DNA from: Raja brachyura
Lineage: Eukaryota
Reading direction: 5' to 3'
Length of the DNA: 64,000 nt
Assembly: GCA_963514005.1 (NCBI GenBank)
Contig: OY740788.1
Span: 16,864,001 to 16,928,000 of the forward strand
Shown: positions 37,871 to 51,933 of the stretch, piece by piece
Position numbering within the stretch: the stretch's first letter is position 1
How the letters are laid out: every line of letters begins with the position of its first letter
The notes under the pieces: generated by a model
What the model saw: the letters and a program-made list of their open reading frames with translations, nothing else
What the model was told of the DNA's origin: nothing
Database searches by the model: none
Translations under genes and position numbers: made by a program

Positions 37871-39169
37871 TAGGACAAATTATTGGTGAAATTTACACAC
37901 AGGATACCACATTGCTAAGCTCTCTATCACCTTTCTTAACTCTCTCAACATTGAGATTCAGTCCACAATGTTAGAATCATCTATAAACTTGTAGTTATGT
38001 GTGGCAATCATGCATTTTAAACTATCTTCCTCATATCTTTTTCCCGAAGGAAGCAGGAATTGAGATTAAAAATCGGGATAATAGCTTAGAAAATAGCCTA
38101 CACTATTTTTCTGTCATTATTACAGTGTTAGCAAGGTCCCCTTTTAAAATAAAATGTATTTATTAAAAGAAACATAAAACTTATTGGAGCCATTAAAAAA
38201 TAAGTCTAGCTGGTCCCCTGGAGGTTCAAAGTAAGGCTAATCTGTTTTAGGGGCAGTTGGTATTACAGGTTGAAATTCTGCATTTGTAGGGTCCTTCCTC
38301 AGGAGCTGTAAACTTTTAAATATTCAAAATAATGCTCAAATAATAATTGATAGTTGTAATTCTGGACTAAATTTCCACAGTTGATAACAGGGAAGGTAAA
38401 AGGTGTGAGACTAATGATTATTTATGCACAAATGTAATTTCTGTACCCAATGAAAAAGAGATTGAAGTGCTACAGCTAATAATCTTGATGTGCAAAAATA
38501 CATAATGTCCAACAAAATCTTATAAATTGTAACTATTTTGAATACTATCTTATGTAGAAAATAATTATGTATAATATTTCACATATCATAAGGAATTTGC
38601 AGTTGATTAGTCCCAGACATGACTCCTTATTCTATTTTAAGTTTAATTAATTTGTTTTGTTCAGAAAAATGTGCTAAATGCTTTTGCATTTTCTGCCACT
38701 TTTGCATTTATCAAGATATGCTTGATAATGTATTTCATTATTCAACAAATTTTGAAAATTTGAAGATGATTCATATATAAATAAGTGAGAACATCTTGGC
38801 ATCATGATTTGCACAGATATTGGGGGCTGAAGGGCCTCTTCCTGTTTCTATGTTCTATGACTTCTGTGCTTTGGCAATTGAAAAGTTGATAATCAGTCTG
38901 GTTGTTTAAGAGAAGAACAAAACCTAAACTCAGCTGTGGCTCCCATCTCTCATAGTTATCTCATTTTCTGTTAAGTTTTGTGTGGGCATGCATGTGGCCA
39001 TCACGTTGGTTTGGACATAAAATAGTTTGTTCTTGGAAGGTTCTGCTTAAGTTTGGAAGAGTGCTGCACACTAGGCAGTATCAGAAAAAGGACATGTTAA
39101 AAGATTATTAAATCAAATGTAACAATGCATTGTCTGCTTAATTAGGCTGCTGACCAGCACAGACAAATA

Positions 39170-40100
39170 AAATGACATGGTGAGAATGACTGATAAGTTG
39201 TTCAAACGAAGACAGAGCTGAGTACTTAATATTCCTGGATAGATGTTATTCAGCAAATAGGTAGAAGAAAAGAAAAAGCCAAGATATTATGGAGTTCAAA
39301 AGATTATGTTCTTGAAGCCAGGATAGAATAAATTACGTTATAGTTAAGTCACGAGAAGGGGGCTAACATGCCACTGGCATTATTCTGTAAACCAGCAAAT
39401 AGTGAAAAGGAGATTAAGAAATCAATCTGGAGGGAAATTATGGAAAGCTGAAAGAACTGCAGAGTAAACATAAAGAAAAACTTAAATCACCTGAACATTC
39501 ATAGGTGTAATAGGACAAGAAAGATTAATTTCAGAAATGTATTTTTGACCAGCCTATTTGTCAGCCATGTGAGGAAGGAGTCATTGCTAGATTTGAGAAA
39601 TGAGGTGGACCAAGTGAATTAAGAAACTGAAAATTAGGCTGGTTTACAGAGAACAAGAGAGTAACATACAATGTAAAATAAAACCCAAGTATATTCTTTA
39701 GGCATGTCAATTAAGCAGATGGTAAGGTGAAGGATACAATTCACTAAGGCCCTAAGCGACCATTGTGTACATGCGGAGGGCATAGCTGAAACCGTGGGTA
39801 TTTATACCCATTTTTATTAACGAAAATAACGCTGCCAAAATGTCAATAGAAGGGGAGTTAATAAATTACGCAAAATTCAATAAAGAAAATTATTGGGCTG
39901 TTCCTAAAGACTCAAGTCACCTGGGCCAAACGGAATACATTCTGAATTATTGTGGGTGGAGATCATAGAAGGGTTTGCAATTCTCGCTTAATATAGGAGA
40001 GATGCCAGAGAAGTGACAAAATATAATGACATTATTCAAAAAGAGTTCGAAAGGGCAATAATTACAGAGCAGTTAATTGCATTGATGTGGAAGTGCCTTT
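39170..40100 (+). mobile_element. Very old CR1 ORF2 (endonuclease to RT linker) fossil
   Basis: Scattered similarity to the reverse complement of 41700-43100 (CTTAATATTCCTGGA; AAGTCACCTGGGCC; TTATTCAAAAAG). Confidence 0.45.
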
Positions 40101-40307
40101 AATTTAAAACAAAATATTACGGATCATTTTTCAGAACCAGATTTTTGGTCATTATGATTACCATGTGAATTTGTTTTGGATGAAAAGTGAAACATAGTTA
40201 ATAGGTTGGACAGTAGCAATCGAGCCTCTACCTCATGATCACCTGATTTTACTTTCTGTCACTCAATCATAATGAAAATCAATGAGCTATAGAATGGGTG
40301 GCCATTT

Positions 40308-43300
40308 CCATATAACCATATAACCATATAACAATTACAGCACGGAAACAGGCCTTCTCGGCCCTTCCAGTCCGTGCCGACCATTTATTTTCCCCTAGTC
40401 CCATCTACCTGCACTCAGACCATACCCCTCCTTTCCCTTCCCGTCCATATACCTATCCACTTTACTTTTAAATGTTAAAATCGATCCTGCCTCCACCACT
40501 TCTGCTGGAAGATCATTCCACACAGCCACCACTCTCTGAGTAAAGAAGTTCCCCCTCATGTTACCTCTAAACTTCTGTCCCTTAATTCTCATGTCATGCC
40601 CTCTTGTTTGAATCTTCCATACCCTCAATGGGAAAAGCTTATCCACGTCAGCTCTGTCTATCCCTTCCATCATTTTAAAGACCTCAATCAAGTCCCCCCC
40701 CTTAACCTTCTGCGCTCCAAAGAATAAAGACCTAACTTGTTCAACCTTTCTCTGTAACTTAGTTGCTGGAACCCAGGCAACATTCTAGTAAATCTCCTCT
40801 ATACTCTCTCTATTTTGTTGACATCCTTCCTATAATTAGGCGACCAAAATTGTACACCATACTCCAGAATTGGTCTCACCAATGCCTTGTACAATTTTAA
40901 CATTACTTCCCTCCTATATTCCTATATTCAATGCTCTGATTTATAAAGGCCAGCACACCAAAAGCTTGCTTTACCACCCTATCTACATGCGATTCCACCT
41001 TCAGGGAACTATGCACAGTTATTCCTAGATCCCTCTGTTCCACAGCATTCCTCAATTCCCTACCATTTATCATGTACGTCCTATTTTGATTTGTCCTGCC
41101 AAGATGTAGCACCTCACACTTATCAGCATTAAACTCCATCTGCCATCTTTCAGCCCACTCTTCCAAATGGCCCAAATCTTTCTGTAGACTTTGAAAATCT
41201 ACTTCATTATCCACAGCACCACCTATCTTAGTATCATCTGCATATTTATCCAATTTTCCACCCCATCATCTAGATCATTGATGTACATGACAAACAACAG
41301 TGGACCCAACACAGATCCCTGAGGCACCCCACTGGTCACCGGCTTCCAACCTGACAAACAGCCATCCACCATTACTCTCTGGCATCTCCCATTCAGCACT
41401 GTTGAATCCATCTTGCTACTCCGCCATTAACACCCAAAGATTGAACCTTCTTAACCAACCTTCCATGGGGAACCTTGTCAAAGGCCTTACTGAAATCCAT
41501 ATAGCCAACATCCACTGCTTTACCCTCATCAATTTCCCTAGTAACCTCTTCAAAAAATTAAAGAAGGTTTGTCAAACATGACCTTCCAGGCACAAATCCA
41601 TGTTGACTGTTCTTGATCAGACCCTGTTTATCCAGATGCTTATATATATTACCTCTAAGTATCCTTTCCATTAATTTGCCCACCACTGATGTCAAACTAA
41701 CAGGTCTATAATTGCTAGGTTTATTCTTTGAACCCTTTTTAAACAATGGAACAACATGCGCAGTACGCCAATCCACTGGCACTATTCCCGTTTCTAATGA
41801 CATTTGAAATATTTCTGTCATAGCCCCTGCTATTTCTACACTAACTTCCCTCAATGTCCTAGGGAATATCCTGTCAGGACCTGGAGACTTATCCACTTTT
41901 ATATTTTTCAAAAGTGTCAGTACTTCCTCCTCTTTGAATCTCATAGTTTCCATAGCTACTCTACTTTTTTCCCTTACCTCACAGAGTTCAATATCCTTCT
42001 CCTTGGTGAATACCGAAGAAAAAAAAATTGTTCAATATCTCCCCCATCTCTTTTGGCTCTGCAGATAGCTGTCCATTCTGGCTCTCTAATGGTCCAATGT
42101 TATCCCTCGTTATCCTTTTGCTATTAATATAGCTGTAGAAACCCTTTGGCTTTACTTTCACCTTTCTTGCCAAAGCAACCTCATATCTTTTAGCTTTTCT
42201 TATTTCTTTCTTAAGATTCTTTTTACATTTTTTATACTCATCTAGCACCTCATTTACTCCATGCCTCCTATAATTATTGTAGATATCTCTCTTTTTTCGA
42301 TCCAAGTGTCCAATTTCCCTTGAAAACCATGGCTCTTTCTGATCTTTACTATTTCCTTTCATCCGAACAGTGACATAAAGATTCTGTACTCTTACAATTT
42401 CCCCTTTAAATGTCCTCCATTTCTCTTCTACATCCTTCCCATTAAACAAAATGTCCCAATTCACTCCTTTTACATCATTACGCATTCACTCAAAGTTAGC
42501 CTTTCTCCAATCAAAAATCTCAACCCTAGATCCAGTTCTGACTCTCTCCATAATTATATTCAAACTAATGGTATTGTGATCACTGGTCCCGAAGTGCTCA
42601 CCAACGCATACCTCCATCACCTGACCTGCCTCATTTCCTAACAGGAGGTCCAGCACTGCCCCTTCTCTGGTCAATACCTCTATGTATTGCTGCAAAAAAC
42701 TATCCTGCACACATTTAACAAACTCCAAACCATCCAGGCCATTTACAGAATGTGTTTTCCAGTCTATTTTTGGAAAATTGAAATCCACAATCACTACCTT
42801 GTGCTTACTACTAATATCTGCCATCTCCTTACAAATTAGCTCTTCCAATTCTCGCTTCCCATTTGGCGGTCGATAATACACCCCTAAAAGTGTTGCTACA
42901 CCGTTCCCACTTCTCAGCTCCACCCAAATAGCCACCCTAGAGGAGCCCTCTAATCTATCCTGCCAAAGCACTGCTGTAATATCTTCTCTGACAAGCAATG
43001 CAACCCCTCCACCTCTGGTTCCTCCAATTCTATCACACCTGAAGCAACGAAATCCTGGAATATTTAGTTTCCAATCACAACCCTCCCGCAACCATGTTTC
43101 ACTGATTGCCACAACATCATATTTCCAGGTGTCAATCCAGGCTCTAAGTTCATCCACCTTTCTTGCAATGCTCCTAGCATTAAAATATACACATTTTAGA
43201 AACCCACCATCCCTTATTCTCTGTTTATTATCTTTTTCCTCTTTCTCGCCTACATTTTGGGTCCGAGTGCTTCCCTTCTCTGCCTCTTGCCCTTCACCCT

Positions 43301-44260
43301 GTCCCCTAGCCCCCTGTACCCGAGTCCCTCCCCCCAGCCTTTCTAGTTTAAAATCTCCTTTGAAAATCTCCCCGCCAGGATATTGGTTCCCCTCGGGTTC
43401 AAGTGCAACACATCCTTTTTATACAGATCATGCCTTCCCCAAAAGAGGTCCCAGTGATCAAGAAACTTGAATCCCTGCCCACTGCACCAGTCCCTCAGCC
43501 ACGCATTTATCCTCCACCTCATTCCATTTCTACTCTCACTGTCACGTGGCAGTAATCCTGAAATTGTTACTCTTTTGGTCCTTCTCCTTAACTTTCCCCC
43601 CAACTCCCTAAATTCTCCTTTCAGGACCTCTTCTCTTTTTCTGCCTATGTCATTGGTACCAATGTGTACCACAACATCAGGCTCCTCTCCCTCCCGTTTC
43701 AAAATCTTTTCGTCATGTTCCGACACATCCGAGACCCTGGCACCAGAGAGGCAAACTACCATCCGGGTCTCCCGACTGCGTCCACAGAATCGCCAATCTG
43801 ACCCCCTAACTATGGAGTCCCCTATTACAATTGCCCTCCTCTTTTTGCTACCCTTCTGAGCATCAGGGCTATTCTCTGTGCCGGAGGCCCAGCTGCTGTT
43901 GCTGCCCCCAGGTAGGCTGTCCGCTCCAATCGAACTCAATCATGAGTACCTATTTTCCAGGTGTACAGCCACCGGGGTACTCTCTAGTCCCTGCCTCTGC
44001 CCCTTGCCCTTCCTAACAGTGACCCACTTGTCTGCCTCCCGTGGTCTGGGAGTGACCACCTCCCTGTAACTCCTGTCTACGACCTCCTCATTCTCTCTGA
44101 CCAGACAGAGGTCCTCGAGCTGTTGCTCCAGGTTCCTAACATAGTCCTTTAGAAGCCCCATCTTGACACACCTGGCTCAGATGTGGACGTCTGGAGGGCT
44201 GTCAGCTTCCCTGACCTCCCACATCTGACATCCACAACAGTACACTGCCCTGGCCTTCAT
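40308..44260 (-). mobile_element. Near full-length CR1 LINE: ORF1 (Zn finger/leucine zipper plus SGNH esterase) and ORF2 (APE endonuclease, RT), disrupted
   Basis: ORF1 from ATG 44260: YCCGC...I*ARC, then IGDSIVR, VHIGTNDIG, DVLHLN. ORF2: [35 protein letters not shown]. (TTATATGG)n tail at 40308-40332. Confidence 0.95.
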
Positions 44261-45247
44261 ATTCCCCCCTTACACTGCAATACATTTCAGTTTCATTTGG
44301 TTTACATTCCTTTCCATATTAATAGACCCAGTGATATTTCTTCTGCTGTTTAAGAAAAAAAAACATTAGTTTGCTTCCAGCATGTATCATGAAACTGTAT
44401 GCTTTGTATCAACAGCTCGTTAAGCGTCTTTTATTTGGACTTGGTGTGAAAGTGCTGCTGATATTTCATGTTTCTTTGTATATCTTAAGTGATTAAAATG
44501 TATATTGTTCTAATTATATATTTTTAAGTTTGAGCTAAATTAATTTATTTTGAAGATATTTTCCTTAATTTTAGTAGATGCAGTAGATTTTTTTTGGCTC
44601 AGACAATGACAATTTCAGAAAATGAAATAAGATTGGAAACCTTAGAAAAGAGATGATAGAAATACATTAAAATGCATCTATACTAAATGCTTGACAACAT
44701 TAATCATCTATCTTACAATAAATTAAAGGTAAATGGCATTGAGAGTTTGAAATTCTAGCACGAGCTAAGTTTTATTCTAAATTAATAATGTGACCATAGC
44801 ATTATTTATTTCAAGTCATGCTCAAAAGAGAGAGATTCTGATAACTGAAATGTCAAGATGGGAACAGAAGGGTTTGTAAAATTACATTCTTTAAGAAGGG
44901 TTAACTAGTAACAGTATCTTCTCCAAAGACATTATAAACATTCTGGACAAGATTCTTGGTGCTACAATATTGATGAATAACCCCATAGCTGAATTGGCAT
45001 CCATAAGTAGAAATGCTTTCTCTGTAACCACAATGCTAGTTTCCAAAATAGGTTTTCTGAAATGTAATCTGTGAGCTGTCAGTCTAAGCCCAATAAGAAC
45101 TGGATTTGAGAGGATTTGGAGAAGTAATCCCATATAGAATGATGTTCATTTGCACAGTTAATCCCAGTCTCTATCTCTTTAGTGTTAATGTATTTTTCTG
45201 CTGTGTTACTTGGGATATTCCAATAATAATAATGATTTTATATATAA

Positions 45248-46618
45248 CTAGACCAAGTGCAGACCCGTTGGGTCTATTCCCCCAAAGTGTGGTTGCAGGG
45301 GAGGGGGGTGAGGGCGGCATGCGGCATCACACACACTAACTATCCCCCAGTACACACGCTAACTACCCCACATAATATTATATTAATATTATTAATTTGC
45401 TCCTTTTACCCCATAACCGCCCTATCCACTGACACATAGCCCCCAACCCGTAGACCCATCTAGAGAGGGAGGGGGTGGGTGTAGAGAGTGAGGGCAGAGA
45501 GAGAATGGGGAGAGACAGAGAGAAAGGAGCAGAGACAGAAGGACAAGGGAGAGGGGGGTGGAGGGGAGGAGGAGAGGGAGGGTGGGGGAGGATGGTTGAG
45601 AGATGGGAGGACGGGCGGAGAGAGAGGGATGGGGGGGAGGGGGAGGGAGGGGATGGGGTGGATGGAAAAGGGGAGAGGTGGAGGGGAGGGGGAAAAGGGG
45701 GTTTATGGGAGGGTGGGGGAGGGCAGGGTGGTGGGGGAGAGAGAGGGGGTGAGAGAGAGAGATGGGGAAGAGAGAGATGGGGAGAGAGAGATGGGGAGAG
45801 GGAGGGGGGGGAGAGACGGAGAGAGCGAAATGCAACCGTGCGTCAGGCGTTCAGAATGTTCTGGAAATGAAGCGTGTGCGTCCCTTGCACAAAAGCTGTC
45901 GGCAACTCTATGGAATTCAGGGGAGCAGCCTGCCGCATCACACACACTCTGACCACCCCCCCTCTAACCACCCCCTCCCCCCTCCCTTCTCCCCTCTCCC
46001 CTCTCCCACAGCGGGTCCGATCTAAGCTGTCAATGAATACAGCAATTTTTTTTTAAATTGTCTTTGAAATTAAAAGTTAATGTAAGAATTAGTGATGTTA
46101 AGTGACAAGTAATTAAATTAAATTGAATGAAAACCAATGGAATCTGCAACCGGGCAGCTAGTGGGGAGGGGCCACCAGGCAGGCTGGGGGGGGGGGGGGG
46201 GGGTCACCCGGCCTGTAGGAAGTAAAATCGCCAGCGAAATGTTAAAAATGTTGGCGTTTTTGGAGGAGAGTCAGGCGTCAGCAGCCGTTATGGTCGCTGG
46301 CCAGCACGAGGCGACAAAATGAGTGAGTGGGGGGAAGGGGGGAAGGATCTTATTTTAAAATGCATACATAAAAATGTCAAAATGTAATGAGGAGTGGATT
46401 TGCGAATGTAAAAGTGAAATCGCTAGCGAATTGGAAAAAATCTCTGCGTTTTTGCGTGTGGTTTTGGCGGACCATCAAATCAAAGGCCAAAAATCTAATC
46501 TGAAGGGATGTTACCGAACTTAACTCACTGTGGAATGAATCCATTAATGGAGCCACTCTGCTGCTGGATTCGAAGTTGTCTCTGCACACACACATGCAGA
46601 GTTTTAAAAGTATATAGA
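45248..46618 (-). mobile_element. Non-autonomous Helitron, both ends intact
   Basis: On minus: 5' A|TCTATATAC (46618) to hairpin AGACCC-AAC-GGGTCT (45261-45275) about 10 nt before CTAG|T (45248-45251); A^T insertion, no TSD. Confidence 0.85.
45465..45825 (+). repeat. Polypurine G/A low-complexity tract inside the Helitron
   Basis: About 360 bp almost entirely G/A with many G3+ runs; a similar tract lies at 46682-46790. Confidence 0.9.
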
Positions 46619-46622
46619 TAAA

Positions 46623-47300
46623 CTAGACCAAGTGCAGACCCGTTGGGTCTGTTCCCCAAACGTGCTTCAGACCCCGAGTACGGAGAGGGAGGGGGAGTAG
46701 AGGGAGGGAGGGAGGGGGAGATGAGAGTAGGAGAGGGAGGGGGGGAGAGGGAGGGGGGGAGAGGGAGGGGGGGAGAGGGTGGAATGGGTGGGTGTGATGC
46801 CGAGTGAGCCTGCAGGCCAGGCGTACGCCGGCAAGACGCTGCGTATGCCATCAAGACGCTGCATAGGATGTTGAGACACTGCGTACACCTGTCGAGATGC
46901 TGCGTACGCCCTCAATGCGCCTGCGGGCCGACAGGCCGTTGATGCGCCGGCTCTGTCACGCTGGCTGAAGCCAAAGATCGGCTGTTCCCTGCTGCTTTTC
47001 GCCGTCCATGGACAGAGGATGACGAAAAGCAGCGGCACCCACTTGAGCCGGCCCGGGGGGAGGGAGGGGTGGAGGAATTAAAATCACCAGCGAAATAAGA
47101 AAAATATTGGCGTTTTTGAAGGAGAGCCGGGCGCTGGCCAGCAGGAGGCGAAAAAATGAGTGAGTGGGGGGGGAGAAGGATTTTATTTTAAATGTGTACA
47201 TGAAAATGTTTAAATGTAATGAGTGGATATGCGAATGTAAAAGTGAAATTGCTAGCAAAATTGAAATTGAGTTTTTGCGTGTGGTTTTGGCCAAAAATCT
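46623..47300 (-). mobile_element. Second related non-autonomous Helitron, 5'-truncated, in tandem with the first
   Basis: Same 3' end CTAGACCAAGTGCAGACCCGTTGGGTCT; shared blocks (AAAATCRCCAGCGAAAT..., GAGTGGATWTGCGAATGTAAAAGTGAAAT); internal 18-bp repeats CAAGACGCTGCGTAYGCC. Confidence 0.8.
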
Positions 47301-47569
47301 TGGGTAGTGCATTGAAATGTTCAAGATGTGTTTAGGATAAACCTAGTTGTCTGAGCAATTGAGTGATGTTTTCACCAACCTGCTTTTTTATCTTGTGGGA
47401 GAAAATAGACCTGTGAGCCCTGTGTTATCTTGGAGCTAATCTTTCATTAATGCAGATGCAGAAACAATAATAGTCCTTGAATACCATGACAGCCTTAGGA
47501 TGGCTACCCTTGCAAGAAATGTAGACCCTTTTGGTAAAATATGCCCTGGGAAACAGTCGCCCAGAACAA

Positions 47570-47695
47570 AAGGTTGGGTTTCGGCCCGAAACGTTACCTA
47601 TTTCCTTCGCTCCATAGATGCTAAGGCACCCACTGAGTTTCTCCAGCGCTTTTGTCTACCTTCGATTTTCCAGCATCTGCAGTTCCTTCTTAAAC
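47570..47695 (+). mobile_element. Penelope-type repeat fragment
   Basis: GGGTTTCGGCCCGAAACGTT...GAGTTTCTCCAGC...CCAGCATCTGCAGTTCCTTCTT; same family as 26305-26526. Confidence 0.65.
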
Positions 47696-47859
47696 AGTTT
47701 CCAAATTCAGTTGTTAACAGGCAAGTACAAGCTCAGATATTTCTTACAATTTCTCGTTTCATGGAAATCAATCAGTGAGCATTATTTTTAATGTAAGCAT
47801 TTGTTTTTGGCAGAGATTTCTGAGTTTTCTTTATTTTAGAATGGCTAATTTATTTTCTA

Positions 47860-48630
47860 TTAGCAAGTATGAGGTGTTGCACTTTGGGAGGTTGACTTTC
47901 AGGGGAATATATATGGTTGATGGCAAGACTCTTAACAGCATTGATGTGCAAAGGGATTTTGGGGACAAGATTCATAGCTCCCTGAAGGAGTAGATAGAGT
48001 GGTAAAGAACATGCTCGTCTTCATTGATCAGGGCATTTTGTGTAAAAGTCAGGAAGTCATGATGCGGCATTATAAGACTTTGGGTGTGATGTATTTAGAG
48101 TATTGTGTGCAGTCTTGGTTGTCCCATTGTTGGAAAGATGTGGAGGCTTTGCAAACGGTGCAGGAGGATTACTTGGATGTTGCCTAGATTGGTTAGTATT
48201 AGCTACAAGGGGAGGTTGAACAAAGTTAGAATATTTTCTTTGGAGTGCTAAAGGTTGAGGCAAGACCTGATAGTGTATTAAGTTATGAGAGACATAGATA
48301 GGTTAGACAGAACTTTTATCCTATGGTTGAAATGTTAAAGATTAGAGGACATAGCCTTAAAGTAAGAAGGGCAAAGTTTAAAGGAGATGTGCAGGTTAGG
48401 TTTTTTACACAGAGGGTGGTGGGTGCCTGAAATGTACTGTCATGGGAGCGGTTGGGGCATATATGATAGGGGCATTTAAGAGACTTTTAGATTGGCACAT
48501 AGATTGCAGGGAATGGAGGGACATGGATCATGTCCATGCAGATGTGATTAGTTAATCTTGGCATCATGTTCAGCTCGGACTGAGGACCGAAGGGCCAGTT
48601 CCTGTGCTGTGCGTTTCTATGTTCTATGTT
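47860..48630 (+). mobile_element. Decayed CR1 3' fragment
   Basis: KYEVLHFGR, LEYCVQSW, TTTTACACAGAGGGTGGTGGG, (TTCTATG)n tail. Confidence 0.8.
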
Positions 48631-50383
48631 CATTCTTCTTGAGCTGTTTTGTTGGGCAGTTTATGTTCTGCTTGTAATCAGTTTCTGGAGTATAAACATG
48701 GTTTCAGGAGGTTATTTATTTTTTTTAACATTACATTTTTGGTGTATGGGCATTGCTGATAAGGCCAGCAGTTATTGCTCTTCTCTAACTACCCTTGAGA
48801 GGGTGGTTCTGAAATTTAATTTTGAACCACTGCCGTTTTTCTCATTCGGTTGCAAAATAAATTTCACAGTTTTGATCCAGTGATAAACGAATGGCCAATT
48901 TGTTTCCAGGTCATGTCTTCAGGACAGGTATGTTCTTGTCCTCCTTAGTGATGAGATACATGTTGTTGGAGTTCTCAGGCTGGATGGCTTCAGTGCATAT
49001 TATTGATTCTGTACACTGCATTTACTTTGTGCTGGTGATAGAAGGGATAAATGTTTAGGGTGGTGGATAAGGAGCCAGCCATGTGGCTTGCTTTGGCTTG
49101 ATAGTATTAAAAATTTTGTGTATTTGGGAACTACACTCATCTAGGAAACTTCTGATGTGAGACTGTAGATGGTGAACTATTTGCGGGTATTGGGAAATTA
49201 GTCATGCACTGCAAGATACCCAGCCTCTGACCAATAGGATCTTGATAGTGGTCAGGTGATGGTAATGCCATTGACATTAGGTGGTTAAAATCTCTCTTAT
49301 CAAAGATGGTCATTGCCTCAATTGTTTGCAGATAGTTAAAATACTTAAATTCTGTCATACCCCAGTAAATATACCTCCACCAACATATTCGTGACCGAGA
49401 CATGTAAAGGTGTGCTGGAATGATTTAGATGAGAAACCCTTCAATCCCCTCAATTAAATTCTTGGCCTCTGAACTACCCCCCCCCCCCAAATTATGCCGG
49501 AGGTTGCATATATAAACAATAAGCTGCTGGATGATCACAGTGCAGCTGCCTCCTATTTCCACTGAACTCGCATTGGGAGAGGAGAACCAGCAATTGGAAC
49601 TGGGCATTGGATACAATAGAGGTTACATGCAGTGTCACAGAGAAACACAATTTATGTCTCCGGTTGAAGATCATAAGATAATGAAAGATCATTGATCTAA
49701 AACATTACCAATGAGTTGGATTCTATGCAATTGAGCAATGCGTCCTTCCCTCCACTGCGTTGCAAGGCATAGTTATTTGTGGGCCCTCTACCCAGTTCTA
49801 TTTTTAAAAAAAACAGATATCTTTGAATACGAATATTTGAGATACATCGTACTGGTTTAAATCTAAACTTTTAGCTGATATAAATTCATTTTAAATTTAT
49901 AAAAACCTACACATTTTTCTATCTAGGTCAGCAACAGCATTCAAATGACAGGAGTCACCCTAGACACCTCGGCCATGACTGGTATAAAGTTGAGAGGCCA
50001 GGCACAAAGCGCATCTAGTGGAACGGGAACTGACATGTGCTATCACCTGATTTATGGTTCATTCCTGTCTTCTGAGCTGCTATGCACTGGTATGGAAATC
50101 AGGAATGCACTGGCGTGTAAAGAAGAAAATGCCAGTTGATCTCTTGAATACAAAATAACATTTCAGACACTGGTTCTCCACAGATGTTGCATGAACTACT
50201 AAGTACTTCCAATATTTTGCATTTTATTTGCAATTTCCATTAATTCTATGTGCTCATGAGGCCTGGTGTTGCTCATGAATTGCTCAGCATCATAGGATGA
50301 TTCGTGCAGTGCAACCTCTGGCTTATATGGACACAATCAGACCCAGAATTAATGCTGTAGACCAAAGACGTTTCATTATCTTA

Positions 50384-51933
50384 CAGTGCATTCAGAAAGT
50401 ATTCAGTCCCCTTCACTTTTTCCGCATTTTGTTACTTTAATTAGTCTAAAATGGATTAAATTCATTTATTTTATCATCAATCTATACACAATACCCCATA
50501 ATAAAAAAAAGCGAAAATGTGTTTAGAAATTTTTGCAAAGTAATAAAAAATAAATAACTGAAATATCACATTTTCATAAGTATTCAGACCCTATAGCCAG
50601 TACTTTGTAAGGGCATCTTCGGCAGCGATTACGACCTCTCGTGTTCTTGGGTATGATGCTACAAGCTTGGCACACCTGTATTTGGGTATTTTCTCCAAAT
50701 TTTCTCTGCAGATCGTCTCAAGCTCTGTCAGGTTGGATGGAGAGCATCGATGCACAGCTATTTTCAGGTCACTCCAGAGATATTCGATCGGGTTCAAGTC
50801 CAGGCTCTGGCTGGGCCACTCAAGAACATTCACAGACCTGTCACGAAGCCACTCCTGTGTTGTCTTGGCTGTGTGCTGTTGTTGTCCTGTTAGAAGATGA
50901 ACCTCTGCCCCAGTCTGAGTTCCTGAATGCTCTGGAGCAGGTTTTCATCAAGGATCTCTCTACTTTGCTCCATTCATCTTTCCCTCGATCCCTGATTTCC
51001 CAATTCCAGCCGCTGACAAATATCCCCACAGCATGATGCTGCCACGACCATGCTTCACCGTAAGTATGGTATTGGCCAGGTGATGAGCGCTGTCTGGTTT
51101 CCTCCAGATCTGACACTTGGCATTCAGGCCAAAGAGTTCAATCTTAGTTTCATCAGACCAGAGAATCTTGTTTAGGTGCGTTTTGGCAAACTCCAAGCGA
51201 AATTTGTGATTTTTACAGAGGAGTGGCTTCCGACTGACCACTCTACCATAAAGGCGTGGTTGGTGGAGTGCTGCAGACATAGTTGTCCCTCTGGAAGGTT
51301 CTCCCATCTCCACAGAGGAACTCTGGAGCTCTGTCAGAGTGACCATCAGGTTCTTGGTCACCTCCCTGACCGAAGCCCATCTCTCCCGATTGCTCAGTTT
51401 GGCCGGGCGGCCAGCTCTATGAAGAGTCCTGGTGGTTACAAAGTTCTTCCATTTAAGAATGACGGAGGCCACTGCTCGTCGGGACCAGCGATGCTGCAGA
51501 AATTGTTTCATACCCTTCCCGAGATCTGTGTCTCGACACAATCCTGTCTCGGAGGTCTATGGACAATTCCTTCATGTTCATGGCTTGGTTCTTGCTCTGT
51601 CGACTTAACACTTGTGGACCAATCAAGTTGTAGAACCATCTCAAGGATGATCAATGGAAACGGAATGCGCCGAAGCTCAATTTTAAGAGTCATAGCAAAG
51701 GGTCTGAATACTTTGTGTCATAGCGAAAGGTCTGAATACTGAATGTTATATTTCAGATTTAAAAAAATAATAATTTGCAAAGTTTTCTAAACACCTGTTT
51801 TCGCTTTTTTATTATGTATTGTGTGTAGATTAATGATTAAAGAAAAAAAAATCTAATCCATTTTAGAATAAGGCTGTAACGTTAATAAAACGTGGAAAAA
51901 GTGAAGGGGTCTGAATACTTTCTGAATGCACTG
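50384..51933 (-). mobile_element. Tc1/mariner IR/DR-type transposon with frameshifted transposase
   Basis: TA TSDs (50382-50383, 51934-51935); ~210-bp TIRs starting CAGTGCATTCAGAAAGTATTCAG with inner repeat AAGTATTCAGACCC; minus-strand LRDRIVSRHRS, GRPAKLS, ILWSDETKIELFG, WPSQSLDLNPIE. Confidence 0.96.

Noticed and set aside
45422-46854. Pro/Gly/Arg-rich ORFs
   Set aside because: Translations of G/A low-complexity tracts inside the Helitrons.
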